Source: an uncultured Verrucomicrobiae bacterium (GTDB lineage: Bacteria > Verrucomicrobiota > Verrucomicrobiia > Limisphaerales > Palsa-1400). Taken from it: DNA of 64,000 nucleotides. The notes below the pieces were generated by a model. That model made no database searches, was not told where the DNA came from, and saw only the letters and a list, made by a program, of their open reading frames with translations. The position numbers and the translations under genes were made by a program. The DNA is taken from NCBI GenBank assembly GCA_963764165.1, contig CAVXRD010000001.1, forward strand, positions 1,376,001 to 1,440,000. The letters are read 5' to 3'. This document shows positions 10,762-20,700 of the stretch, one piece after another. Within the stretch, counting starts at the first letter, position 1. Each line of letters starts with the position of its first letter.

Positions 10762-10981
10762 CGAGCTCCATCCGGCGGAACCCAGTTGAAAGGAACGCTG
10801 CCGACTTGAGGATTTGACCTTGCATACACATGAACCCATTTTGCCCCGGCTGGCGCTGGATGGAAAACCTACCAGAGGTTTTTAGGCACGATTTTTGGAA
10901 GAAAAATGCAGAAAATTGAATCTGGAACGACCGAACCCACGAAAAGTCCCGTCGCCGGAGCCAACTCCCGCCAGACAAAAC

Positions 10982-11062
10982 AGCCACAGATGGACACAGA
11001 TCAACGCAGATGCAAACGCTTCTTCATCAGAAATCTGCGTTCATCTGCGCAAATCTGCGGCT
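10982..11062. repeat. Inverted repeat of 10-bp periodic units (cacagat/atctgcg)
   Basis: gccacagatggacacagatcaacgcagat ... atctgcgttcatctgcgcaaatctgcggc; related element at 57241-57376. Confidence 0.8.
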
Positions 11063-11065
11063 TAT

Positions 11066-11959
11066 CTACTGAGATTTCAGGTTTAACCCGCTCAGCAAGG
11101 TCCGCAATGGGCTGGCAATTTTGCCCCGCTGCCAGACAATGAACAAATCCCAGGTTGCACCGGCGTCAGCAACGGGAACCATGACCACATTCGGAACGTT
11201 CAGATGAGATATGAAGGCTGGTTGAACCGAAATCGCTTCTTCATTCGCCGCCAAGGAGAGGGATTCCACAAGGCTATTGAATTTGTCAATGGTGATCAAG
11301 CGGGGACGGAAGCCGCCATACTTGCGGCAGAACTGAATGATTCTCTGGGTGTATCCCGGCACCTCATCGTCCGATCCCCGGACGAACGTTTCGCCCTTTA
11401 ATTGTGAAAGAGACACCTGTTTTTCGGCCGCTAACGGGTGGCTGACGGGAAGCGCAACAAGGCTCCTTACAGTTGCCAATTTGCGAGCATAGAAATCGCG
11501 CGAGAGCAGGTCTATGCCGTACAAGGTCAATGCTAAATCAATTTCACCTTCCCGTAATGCGATGATTATCTCGCCGGGCGTTTGATCAAGCATTTTGACC
11601 TTCACCCTCGGATGAGTGCGTCGCAGCACGGCCAGAGCAGGCACAAGGTACTCCTGGGCGGCCGACGCAATATAACCAATACGCAATCGTTCACTTTCTC
11701 CGCGAACCAGCCGGCGGACTTCGGCCATGGTGGAATCATAATCTGCCAGAAGTTTTTTTGCCCTTTCGGCAAGAGCATGTCCTCCGTTGGTGGGACGCAC
11801 CCCGGCCGATGTTCGTTCCAAAACACGCCCGCCGAGTTCAAGTTCGAGTGATTGCAGTTGCCGCGTGATGGCGGATTGAGAAATATGCAGGCGGTCAGCC
11901 GCACGACGGAGGCTGCCTTCCTCAAGGACCACCAAGAACAAACGAAGCTTGTCCAGCAC
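11066..11959 (-). CDS. LysR family transcriptional regulator
   Basis: LRLFLVVLEEGSLRRAADRLHISQSAITRQLQSLELELG HTH; divergent from an oxidoreductase operon. Confidence 0.95.
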   Translation of the reverse strand: MLDKLRLFLVVLEEGSLRRAADRLHISQSAITRQLQSLELELGGRVLERTSAGVRPTNGGHALAERAKKLLADYDSTMAEVRRLVRGESERLRIGYIASAAQEYLVPALAVLRRTHPRVKVKMLDQTPGEIIIALREGEIDLALTLYGIDLLSRDFYARKLATVRSLVALPVSHPLAAEKQVSLSQLKGETFVRGSDDEVPGYTQRIIQFCRKYGGFRPRLITIDKFNSLVESLSLAANEEAISVQPAFISHLNVPNVVMVPVADAGATWDLFIVWQRGKIASPLRTLLSGLNLKSQ

Positions 11960-12072
11960 GGTTGGAATTGTGATGCAAATTTTGCATCACTCCAATCACA
12001 AACCGGCATTAGCCACAAGGCGCGAGAAGGCGCAGGTTTCATTGTCGATAGCAAAATGAAAGCAGGTCAGCT

Positions 12073-12705
12073 ATGAAAGTCGGATTTATAGGTGCGGGAA
12101 ACGTAACGGCCACAATCGGCCGCCATTTGATAAACGCCGGTCACACGATAGTCGCATCGAACTCCAGAGGTCCGGAAACGCTGGGTAAATTCGTCGCGGA
12201 ACTCGGTGCGGGCGCCGTCGCGGGGACCAAGCAACAGGCAGCCAAATGCGATATCGTCATTCTAGCCACGAAATGGGTGGACGTGCCTGAGGCGCTCAAT
12301 GGCGTTGATTGGCGTGGACGAATACTGGTAGATGCGACTAACGCGCATATAAATTCTAAACCCGATCTTAGCCTGGCGGGCATTACCCGATCGAGGTCCG
12401 CGTTAAAGGGTCGCACCTCCAGCGAGATAGTCGCCGAGATGGCCGCTGGCGCGCGCCTTGTGAAATCAATCAGCAACATGCCGATGGAATGGATACAGGA
12501 CTTCTCGCCGACCAAACCCCGAACCGTCATCTTTGCGTCGGGTGACGACGCCGAAGCCAAACAAAGTGTAATCGAGTTAATCAACAGCACCGGACTAGTC
12601 GCCGTTGACCTCGGACCTCTTCGCACAGGCGGTGCAATGCAGGAGGTCGGCGCTCCGCTGTCGGGCCTTGAGCTTCACTTTGTCCAGCGCCTTCATCGTC
12701 GTTGA
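12073..12705 (+). CDS. NADP oxidoreductase (F420-dependent family, dinucleotide-binding)
   Basis: GFIGAGNV, SNSRGPETL, ILVDATN, SGDDAEAK, VDLGPL. Confidence 0.88.
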   Translation: MKVGFIGAGNVTATIGRHLINAGHTIVASNSRGPETLGKFVAELGAGAVAGTKQQAAKCDIVILATKWVDVPEALNGVDWRGRILVDATNAHINSKPDLSLAGITRSRSALKGRTSSEIVAEMAAGARLVKSISNMPMEWIQDFSPTKPRTVIFASGDDAEAKQSVIELINSTGLVAVDLGPLRTGGAMQEVGAPLSGLELHFVQRLHRR

Positions 12706-12717
12706 AACTGTAGAACT

Positions 12718-13185
12718 ATGAAAACAATGAAAACACAACATTACTTTATTGATCTGACTAAACGTCCACCCCGGAGCTTTCGCGTGCGTTTGGGCAACTG
12801 CGTGGTTTTGGCCCGCATGCTCGACAAGGGCCGGGCGACCCTCGCCGGGAAGAGTGGCGGATATGTATTCAATTCCCCAACCGACCAGCGTCTGGTGCAA
12901 TTCCTTGGCTTCGATCCCGATGCCTTGTTGAAGCAATTGGCAGCCGGCAAAGGTGACGGGGAAATTCTCGAATGGGTCCAGACCCATTCCAAGACCCCAC
13001 GCTCTCCTTGGGAAATCGAAGCCTGGTCTGCATTCATGGAAAAACGCGGACCGGACAGCGATGCCGAAACACTTGCGTTCTTTGCCGAACAACTGGGTCG
13101 GCTTTCCAAAACCCGGGAAGACATTAAAACATGGTTCGAATTCGGCGAACTCGATGACTACGTCAGCTTTGGAGGAAAAGCGTAA
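12718..13185 (+). CDS. DUF5069-like protein
   Basis: DLTKRPPRS...LARMLDKGRATLAG...DQRLVQFLG...LDDYVSFGG pattern. Confidence 0.7.
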   Translation: MKTMKTQHYFIDLTKRPPRSFRVRLGNCVVLARMLDKGRATLAGKSGGYVFNSPTDQRLVQFLGFDPDALLKQLAAGKGDGEILEWVQTHSKTPRSPWEIEAWSAFMEKRGPDSDAETLAFFAEQLGRLSKTREDIKTWFEFGELDDYVSFGGKA

Positions 13186-13230
13186 ATTCAACATGGAAAA
13201 TAACGAAATACAACAAGAAGGAAAAAACAT

Positions 13231-13995
13231 ATGAACAGCAACAACGGACAAAAATTGGCGGGAAAAATTGCGGTAATCACAGGCGGAAACAGCGGGATTG
13301 GCTTGGCGACGGCCAGGCGCTTCGCGGAAGAAGGCGCGCACGTCGTAATCACTGGCCGACGAGAGAAAGAGCTGAAAGAGGCCGCAACCTTTATCGGTAA
13401 AAACGTCACGACGGTCGCTGGCGACATAACGCGCCTTGAGGATTTGGACCGGCTCTATGCCGTCGTGAAACAGAAGCACGGTCACATCGACGCGCTCTTC
13501 GCAAATGCCGGCTGGGGTGAAGTCGCGCCGCTTGGTGCCGCTACCGAAGCTCATTTCGACAAAACCTTCGATTTGAATGCGAAGGGAACTTTCTTCACAG
13601 TGCAGAAGGCCATTCCCCTGTTCAAAGATGGAGGTTCGATCATCCTCAACACTTCGGTCGCGAACGTGATGGGCTTGCCAACGTTCGCTGTCTATGCCGC
13701 GAGCAAGGCGGCTGTGCGCAGTTTCGTCCGTGCCTGGACCGTGGAACTAAAAGACCGCAAGATTCGCGTGAATGCGGTAAGCCCCGGACCAGTCGAAACT
13801 CCGGCGCTTGAGAAAGCGGGACTCACTCCGGAACAGGTAGAACAGGCGGCGGCTGGATTCGTCACGCAGGTACCGCTGGGCCGCCGAGGCAAACCCGAGG
13901 AAATCGCGGCCGCGGTCGCGTTCCTCGCCTCTGATGAAAGTTCTTACATTACGGGCGTGGAACTCGCCGTCGCTGGAGGCATGGCGCAGGTCTAA
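13231..13995 (+). CDS. SDR family oxidoreductase
   Basis: ITGGNSGIG, NAG, YAASK, VNAVSPGPVET. Confidence 0.95.
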   Translation: MNSNNGQKLAGKIAVITGGNSGIGLATARRFAEEGAHVVITGRREKELKEAATFIGKNVTTVAGDITRLEDLDRLYAVVKQKHGHIDALFANAGWGEVAPLGAATEAHFDKTFDLNAKGTFFTVQKAIPLFKDGGSIILNTSVANVMGLPTFAVYAASKAAVRSFVRAWTVELKDRKIRVNAVSPGPVETPALEKAGLTPEQVEQAAAGFVTQVPLGRRGKPEEIAAAVAFLASDESSYITGVELAVAGGMAQV

Positions 13996-14075
13996 GCGTG
14001 GCGTGGTCCCGTGGCTGGCCAGCCAGTATTCGGCCCTTTGCTTCAAGTTCCCCTTGATAATCAAGGGCTCAAACT

Positions 14076-14097
14076 TGGAGGCGAGGGTCGGAATCGG
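14076..14097 (-). other. tRNA(Cys)-like 3'-end fragment (att-like core), copy 1
   Basis: Reverse complement ccgattccgaccctcgcctcca = partial T arm + acceptor strand + U73 + CCA. Hairpin cccttgataatcaaggg nearby and short arm-like repeats at 14156-14217. Confidence 0.7.
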
Positions 14098-14532
14098 TCG
14101 CCTCAAGCGCGTTTTCAGGGTTAAAAATGCCCGATTTTACGGTTGAGTCAAGCTCAACACTGCCACTACCCGAGCCAACACTTTTCCAACACCTTTGCTG
14201 ACGTTTTTGCTGACACCTGTTTTTCGAAGCGAGCACGCGAAGCCCAGAAAACGTAGCATGTTGGACAGCCTTTAGGAAGAACGCGAATCATGTGCGGAAC
14301 GCGTACCGGATGTCGCGTTAAGACCGTTCTCTGGCCATCAATAGAACTCGACAACCGAGGAAGGGGAATCCATAGTGGTGCGCAGCGTACTGCGCTCCAA
14401 GATTGGCCCGAGACGACAAGTTCATGACGCCGGAGATACCCACCGGAAACGCAACCCGCACCAGCGAGGAGGCACTGTGGGGGTTCAATCGTGCTCCAAC
14501 GCTGCTGGTCGCCCTCGGCATCACGTTAACAC

Positions 14533-15717
14533 GTGCCGCCGCCGAACGGCCTCACGAGCATTGTGGAATATCGGATGCACAACTCGCTAGAAAGAATAAA
14601 GTTTTCGTCGTTCACAGCGCCTCGATTGGTTGTTAACCGAGGGCGCAGGCGCACTGCGGCCTTCCCATTGCTTGGACAGCCGGAGCTTTTTCATCGCCGC
14701 CTCAGCGGCTATAGCCCCACGCCAATCATTCCCCTTACGGAGCTTGCGAAACAACTCGGCCTTTCTCGCCTCTATGCAAAATATGAGCATGAACGTTTTG
14801 GCCTTCCCTCCTTCAAACCTCTCGGCGTTACGTACGCCACATTGCGTCTCCTTGAGTCGCAGTTTGGTCCAATTGCTGACCTGGCGGAAGCGCGGCGAAT
14901 CTTTGCCAAGAGGCCCGATTTGGCACTGATGGCAGCCACAGACGGTAATCACGGACGTGCCGTAGCAAGGATGGCAGCTTGGCTCGGCACAAAGGCCACA
15001 ATATTTGTGCCGCGCGATATCAAACCCTCTTACCTCCAGCCCATCTATGATGAAAAAGCCGAAATTTGCATTGTACACGGAGACTATGATGCCGCAGTCA
15101 AAATGGCGGCCTCCTCCGCTCGGGCACGCGGAGCCCTCCTTGTATCGGACACTGGATTGGACACCGAGGAAGTAGGCCCCAATTATGTTTTGGATGGCTA
15201 CACTACCCTGTTTGCTGAAATTGATGATATTCTGGGCCGTGATGCCTACGACTGTCTAATCGTGCCCGCTGGCGTGGGGGGCCTTGCGGCAGCTGCGGTA
15301 AAGTATTATCGCTCATTCGAACGAACTCAAGCTCTCCGCATTTGCACGGTTGAACCGGACAGTGCAGCTTGCGTCCAAGCCTCGATTCAAGCGGGCCGGA
15401 TCGTTACGATAACGGCTACGGATTCGGTTATGTCGTGCCTCCAATGCGGCACGGTGTCGTGTAGCGCCTGGCCGTATCTCTACTCTGGATTGGACGCAGC
15501 GCTTTCTATCACGGACTCATGGTGCGACCCGGCTCTAGCGGCTCTCTGCTCGGTTGGCATCTTCACTCGCCCGACTGGGGCGGCTGCTCTTGCTGGCCTC
15601 CTTGCCTCTTTCCTTTCTTCGGCAGCTATGTCGTTGGAAGGGTTCGGGAGCAGAAGACCCGATTCCATACTCATCGTGATCACAGAGGGTCACGAGTTAG
15701 GAGGGGATAGGCGATGA
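14533..15717 (+). CDS. PLP-dependent enzyme, diaminopropionate ammonia-lyase-like (fold type II)
   Basis: RFGLPSFKPLG (PLP lysine), ATDGNHGRAVA, VPAGVGGLAAA, VEPDSAAC; true start may be ATG 14575. Confidence 0.82.
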   Translation: MPPPNGLTSIVEYRMHNSLERIKFSSFTAPRLVVNRGRRRTAAFPLLGQPELFHRRLSGYSPTPIIPLTELAKQLGLSRLYAKYEHERFGLPSFKPLGVTYATLRLLESQFGPIADLAEARRIFAKRPDLALMAATDGNHGRAVARMAAWLGTKATIFVPRDIKPSYLQPIYDEKAEICIVHGDYDAAVKMAASSARARGALLVSDTGLDTEEVGPNYVLDGYTTLFAEIDDILGRDAYDCLIVPAGVGGLAAAAVKYYRSFERTQALRICTVEPDSAACVQASIQAGRIVTITATDSVMSCLQCGTVSCSAWPYLYSGLDAALSITDSWCDPALAALCSVGIFTRPTGAAALAGLLASFLSSAAMSLEGFGSRRPDSILIVITEGHELGGDRR

Positions 15718-15899
15718 GCACTTGCACCAACGTTCCGAACGTTGCGTTGACCGACCGGTGGAACACATTCATCATCGTAGCACGGCCGGAGGATAAGCAT
15801 GCGCTCGCAGTGGCCGACGTCCTCAGTCGCAACGGTATTTCAGTTCATATTCTCGATCTCCGACGCCTGAACCGAGACTGGGCCATTCACTACTCCTAA
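15714..15899 (+). pseudogene. Truncated ORF resembling the N-terminus of an MvdC/MvdD-type ATP-grasp ligase
   Basis: ATGA overlap with the upstream stop and SD (aggagggg). FIIVARPEDKHALAVADVLSRNGISVHILDL matches the hydrophobic-D-x-H-A-x-x-V pre-ATP-grasp pattern; the ORF ends after 61 aa near an att-like site. Confidence 0.5.
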
Positions 15900-16099
15900 C
15901 TACGCCGATTGACAATCAAAGATAATGCTGGAGAAAATCCGTAATAGGCGAGGGTCGGTTTTCAACCGACGCCCATGCTCAGTGCTTTCATCGCAAACCG
16001 CTGATAAACAGAGTTTTGCACTACTCACATGATTCGACAATGGATGTTGGCTCCTCGCAGCAAGCGGTGTGCCCGTTTTGAGTTACACTTCAAGAACAC

Positions 16100-16121
16100 T
16101 GGAGGCGGAGGTCGGAATCGG
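16100..16121 (-). other. tRNA(Cys)-like 3'-end fragment (att-like core), copy 2
   Basis: tggaggcggaggtcggaatcgg, 20/22 identical to 14076-14097, same orientation. Confidence 0.7.
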
Positions 16122-16193
16122 ACTTTCTGCGCGAAGGAAAGCAAGGACACGAAGAATCCTGTCTCAGATCCCAAATCAATCCTGCTTATCCTG

Positions 16194-17705
16194 TCAAAAT
16201 TCCGCTGAAGGGCTGCGAAAGCTCTCCGCCATCGCCACGGCTTTGAGCATGGCTTTGGCTTTGTTGACTGTCTCTTGGAATTCCGCTTCGGGGGTGGAAT
16301 CGTTGACCCAGCCGCCACCGGCCTGCACGTAAGCCTGGCCATCCTTCACCAATGCGGTGCGGATGATGATGCAGCAATCGAGGTTGCCGTTGAACGAGAA
16401 ATATCCCATGCATCCGCCATACGGGCCGCGCGCGGTTTGCTCCAGTTCGGAAATAATCTGCATGGCGCGGATTTTTGGGGCGCCGCTTAATGTCCCGGCC
16501 GGAAACGTGGCGCGCATCAGGTCATACGGCGTCTGGCCGGCGGCAAGCTGGCCTTCGACTTGCGAGACGATGTGCATGACGTGGCTGTATCGCTCGATTG
16601 TCATCAAATCCTTCACTTGCACACTGCCGAATTCGCAGACGCGGCCAATGTCGTTTCGCGCCAAGTCGACCAGCATCACGTGCTCGGCCCGCTCCTTCGG
16701 GTCGGCCAGCAGTTCTTTCTGCAACGCCTGGTCTTCCTCAAGCGTTTTGCCGCGGCGGCGCGTGCCGGCGATGGGGCGGATTTCAACACGCGAATTTTCG
16801 CATCGGACATGGATTTCAGGCGAGGCGCCGACCAGTGAAAAGCCGTCCAACTCCAGCAGAAACATATACGGCGACGGATTTACGGACCGCGCGGCGCGAT
16901 AAAGATCCACCGCCGAACATTTGAGGGGGGTCGAGAATCTTTGCGAGCCGACCACTTGAATAATATCGCCCGAACCGATGTATTTCTTCGCCCGCTCCAC
17001 ATATCCGCCAAACGTCTCCTTGGTCATGTTGGAGGCAAACGTGATTTCGGGAATCTCCAGCGGCACATCGACTGGAATATTTTCGGATGGCTGCTCCAGC
17101 AGGGATATCAAGCGCTCGATTTCGCCCGTTGCCTCCTCGTAAGCCTCCTCGGGCGAGCGCCCGTCCAGGACGGCGTTGACCAGGATGGTGATCGTCTGGG
17201 CGACGCGGTCGAAAACGAGCAATTCGTCCGCGATTAAAAAATACATCACCGGCGTGTTCAAGTCGTCGCGGGGCGGACGCGGGATGATCGGTTCGACGTC
17301 ATGGATAAATTCGTAACCGATGAAGCCCATGGCTCCGCCGGTAAATCTCGGCAGGCCCGGCAGCGCGACCGCTTTGAACCGCGACATCACCCGCTCGACG
17401 ACGACCAAGCCGTCCTTGACGGTTTTTCCGACGGTGAAGCTCTCGATCACCTTTCCGTTTTCGATGACTTCGACCAGCGGGCCGGTCTGCTTGATGACGG
17501 CGCGGGGATTGCATCCGACAAATGAATAGCGCCCGATGTGCTCGCCGCCTTCAACCGATTCGCACAAAAATGATTCGCCCTGACCGCGAATTTTCTGGTA
17601 TGCGGACAGCGGCGTTTCCAGATCGGCCAAAATGCGGCGCGTGACCGGGATGAGATTGCCCTGGCCGGCCAGCTTCAGGAATTCAGATTGTCCTGGATAA
17701 TACAC
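16194..17705 (-). CDS. trpE: Anthranilate synthase component I
   Basis: ADLETPLSAY, ESVEGGEHIGRYSF, NPSPYM, PIAGTRRRG, ERAEHVMLVDLARND, FPAGTLSGAPKIRAM. Confidence 0.97.
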   Translation of the reverse strand: MYYPGQSEFLKLAGQGNLIPVTRRILADLETPLSAYQKIRGQGESFLCESVEGGEHIGRYSFVGCNPRAVIKQTGPLVEVIENGKVIESFTVGKTVKDGLVVVERVMSRFKAVALPGLPRFTGGAMGFIGYEFIHDVEPIIPRPPRDDLNTPVMYFLIADELLVFDRVAQTITILVNAVLDGRSPEEAYEEATGEIERLISLLEQPSENIPVDVPLEIPEITFASNMTKETFGGYVERAKKYIGSGDIIQVVGSQRFSTPLKCSAVDLYRAARSVNPSPYMFLLELDGFSLVGASPEIHVRCENSRVEIRPIAGTRRRGKTLEEDQALQKELLADPKERAEHVMLVDLARNDIGRVCEFGSVQVKDLMTIERYSHVMHIVSQVEGQLAAGQTPYDLMRATFPAGTLSGAPKIRAMQIISELEQTARGPYGGCMGYFSFNGNLDCCIIIRTALVKDGQAYVQAGGGWVNDSTPEAEFQETVNKAKAMLKAVAMAESFRSPSAEF

Positions 17706-18241
17706 GGTTCTTTCTTACCTTCCAGCCGCCTCAAGCGCCACAAGGAAAGTGAGGTGTAAAACAAAACGATCCCCGCGTAGGCGACGATTCCAAAGCCGAT
17801 CGCATAGGGAATGCTCTCGGGAGGGCAGAACCAGATCAACGCCGCGCCAGGAAGCGCCGTCAACAAACTTTCCCCGCAAATGCAGGCGAAATAAAGCCCT
17901 TTGGGCGATTGCTCGATGCGATCGAGAAACCAATGGCTGTAGGCGTGCTCGCCCATCGTCCGCATCAGCCAGGCAGCGTGAAAATTATGCGCGGCTACCA
18001 GCACTCCCGCTGTGGCCACGATGATGGCGGTGATCGGGCACACGGCGAATCCGAAGCACATGGCGACATTGACGATTGCGCCCCATTTCCAGCCGAGCTT
18101 CCGCGCCAGCGGATTTCCCTCGAGCACAAGGTGCGGCGTCGCCACGTGAGTGCTGAGGAAATCCATTCCGCGCGCGAAGATTAGCAGCGCAAAAAAGCAC
18201 CAGTAGGCGCGGCCACCGAAAGGAACAGTCGGGCCGAGCAT
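17675..18241 (-). CDS. Hypothetical membrane protein (DUF5658-like)
   Basis: DFLST...EGNPL motif; about 5 hydrophobic segments; lies between hisI and trpE. Confidence 0.65.
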   Translation of the reverse strand: MLGPTVPFGGRAYWCFFALLIFARGMDFLSTHVATPHLVLEGNPLARKLGWKWGAIVNVAMCFGFAVCPITAIIVATAGVLVAAHNFHAAWLMRTMGEHAYSHWFLDRIEQSPKGLYFACICGESLLTALPGAALIWFCPPESIPYAIGFGIVAYAGIVLFYTSLSLWRLRRLEGKKEPCIIQDNLNS

Positions 18242-18631
18242 TTATTTTTTCCCGTAAATTTGCTCCGGCCGCATGAGCTGCGGCTCGGTGACGCGCCCGG
18301 CAGCGCCGTTCTCATCGAAGGAGCGAAAGAAGCACGAACGATACCCTTCATGGCAGGCCGCGCCGGTTTGATCGACTTTGATGAGGAGAGTGTCGCCGTC
18401 ACAATCAAACGCGATGTCTTTGACGATTTGGACGTGGCCGCTGGATTCCCCTTTCATCCAGAATTTCTGGCGCGAACGGCTCCAAAAGTGGGTCTTCCCG
18501 GTGGCGACCGTAGCCTCAAGCGAAGCGCGGTTCATCCAGGCCATCATCAGCACGCGGCCATCGTGGTCATCCTGGATGATCGCCGGGATAAGGCCATCGG
18601 AGTTGAATTTCAGTTTATCGTAAGCACTCAT
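18242..18631 (-). CDS. hisI: Phosphoribosyl-AMP cyclohydrolase
   Basis: [44 protein letters not shown]. Confidence 0.97.
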   Translation of the reverse strand: MSAYDKLKFNSDGLIPAIIQDDHDGRVLMMAWMNRASLEATVATGKTHFWSRSRQKFWMKGESSGHVQIVKDIAFDCDGDTLLIKVDQTGAACHEGYRSCFFRSFDENGAAGRVTEPQLMRPEQIYGKK

Positions 18632-18694
18632 TTTAGCATGGTTGCGCGTGGAAAGATAACAGACGGAGGGGAAGTTAAAAGAGAAGAAGAGCCA

Positions 18695-18920
18695 ACAGAA
18701 GGAAACAAAGGCAACGAAGGAGGACGAAAGGCATTTGTTTGGGGAGCGTGGTCGTCTTGACCGCCGTTTTCGGAGTTCCGCCTAAAACTCTTGCGGCGCG
18801 TCGTGGAGACTGGCTGGCGAGACGCCAGCCAGAGCGACCAAGACCGTCGCGCTCCCAAAATCCTGTTAAATCACCAGACAGACGATTTGTTCCTGCTTCG
18901 TTTCCTTCGTTGCCTTCTGT
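18695..18920. repeat. Nested inverted-repeat element (9-bp periodic outer arms, inner ggggagcg...cgctccc element)
   Basis: acagaaggaaacaaaggcaacgaagg ... cttcgtttccttcgttgccttctgt enclosing the 18741-18856 inverted repeat. Confidence 0.75.
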
Positions 18921-18965
18921 AAAGACCCTTCCGGCAAATTTTGAATGTCGCTCCGAATAGCGAAG

Positions 18966-20693
18966 TCACGGCTTCGTGGTTGGAACTGGGGCGGGCGCGT
19001 GGGCCGGAGGCAGCCACTGCTGGATTAGTCTTCGCTCTTCCGGTTTCAGCCGATCCAGTGGAATTGTCTGCGCCAAGGCGCGCGCATTTTCCGCCTGTCC
19101 GTTGGCGCCAATGGTCGCCACATACACGGCAATCCAGCTCGGTAGCGAATCGGCCACGTAAAATTTTATCCCGTCGTAGGCCTTCAGCGCTCCGGCGGGA
19201 TCGTTGGAACGCAGCCGCGCCAGCGCCAGCGTCGCTCGATAGGCGGGCAATTGCGGCGAGTCATGGACGAGCTTCTCCGCAATTTCTCTCGAGGCGGGCA
19301 CATTGTCGTTCAACAGAAGACTCAAGTAGGCCAAATCGTTTTGCGGGGCTGGATCTTCTGGGTAAAGTTCCGCCATCGTCCGCATCAGCTTGCGCAATCC
19401 CGGCGTGTCACCCTGCCGTTCGGCGACGCGGATCATCCCCTCGTAGGCGACCCGGGAGAATTTCGGATCCTTCACCAGAACCTGGTAAGCCTGCAAAGCG
19501 CGATCCCCTGCGCCGACCGCCTCCGCGTAAGCGCCGATGTATTTCAGCATGTCCGGATTCGACCCAGCCAGAGTAAGGGCCTCCTGCCAGCGCAATTGCG
19601 CGCGCGGGCCGTCGCCCAATTGCATCGCTGTCCGCGCCCGAAAGACGGCCGATTGCATGGGATCAATCGGCAACGGCCCCTTGTTAAGGAAACCGTCGAG
19701 CTCGTTCCATCGCCCGCTTCTGGACATCGCATCGGTGTAAATTTGGAATAGCTCGGGCAATTGCAGCGCTTTGTCGCCGTTCAAAATTTGCAGAAGATCC
19801 GCATAAAGGCCCTGCTGGCTGAGCCAGCGGCATGCGATGAGGAATTTTTCGGGCGATTGCGAGGATTCCGCCAGGACTTTTGCGGTGACTTCGTCTTTGG
19901 CCTGCGGCGTCAAGCGCGCTTCCAATTGCATCTTGAGCATTTGCGTGGCGTCGTTGGTGGGGAACTTGGTGAGGTTGGTGAGAAGCTCGCGGACTTCGTT
20001 GGTCGCCAAGTCAGGCTGGATGGCCAGGCGCTGGAGGGCTTCGGGAACATTTTCTCCGCCGCCGCGCAAGGCCGTCCACAAAAGGGGCTTGGCCTCCTTC
20101 ACCGCCTGCGGATCAGGACTGGCTTGAAGATGGCGGGCCAGCATTAGGCTCATCCCGCCGTCGTCCGGCTTGTTTTGCAAATAGGCGCGCGCGAACCGGA
20201 GCACTTCCGCCTCTTGATGCTGCGCGTCCGCGAATATGGCCGCCAATCTCACCGCCTCAAGCGGAACCGGCGAGTGCGCCAGGACCGGGTTTAGATATTT
20301 GCCAACAAGTTCGTCCCGCTTGAAAAAAATCGCCAGCCGGGCCGCTTCCAGCCGATCGCCATCGTTGCCGCCATTTTCGCCAAAGACCACGTTCCAATGG
20401 GAAAATGCATCTGCCATCCGGGCTGCTGTCAACAATCGGGCCATTCCGTAGTTGGCGTGGACGCTGGCCGGGTCGATTTCCAGGGCCGCGCGGTATTTGT
20501 CGACGGCGGCGTTGGCCTGCTTTTCGTTGACCAGGAGATCGCCTTGCTGCGCGAGCGAATTGGCGCGGCGGTGTTTGAATTCGTGATAAAGCGGTTTGCC
20601 GCCGAAGATGAGGGCTATCACGAGGATCACCAGCGTCCACGTGATAAATTGGCGAAGACGGCTGTTTCTGCGGTTTAAATCTGGGAGGAGCAT
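18966..20693 (-). CDS. Membrane-anchored TPR-repeat protein
   Basis: N-terminal TM helix, Ala-rich helical repeats, C-terminal NDLAYLSLL; immediately downstream of the exosortase. Confidence 0.8.
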   Translation of the reverse strand: MLLPDLNRRNSRLRQFITWTLVILVIALIFGGKPLYHEFKHRRANSLAQQGDLLVNEKQANAAVDKYRAALEIDPASVHANYGMARLLTAARMADAFSHWNVVFGENGGNDGDRLEAARLAIFFKRDELVGKYLNPVLAHSPVPLEAVRLAAIFADAQHQEAEVLRFARAYLQNKPDDGGMSLMLARHLQASPDPQAVKEAKPLLWTALRGGGENVPEALQRLAIQPDLATNEVRELLTNLTKFPTNDATQMLKMQLEARLTPQAKDEVTAKVLAESSQSPEKFLIACRWLSQQGLYADLLQILNGDKALQLPELFQIYTDAMSRSGRWNELDGFLNKGPLPIDPMQSAVFRARTAMQLGDGPRAQLRWQEALTLAGSNPDMLKYIGAYAEAVGAGDRALQAYQVLVKDPKFSRVAYEGMIRVAERQGDTPGLRKLMRTMAELYPEDPAPQNDLAYLSLLLNDNVPASREIAEKLVHDSPQLPAYRATLALARLRSNDPAGALKAYDGIKFYVADSLPSWIAVYVATIGANGQAENARALAQTIPLDRLKPEERRLIQQWLPPAHAPAPVPTTKP

Positions 20694-20700
20694 AATTGAA

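Noticed and set aside
14076..16121. Functional tRNA genes at the tRNA-like fragments
   Set aside because: Only ~22 nt of the 3' end are present; no anticodon or D arm follows.
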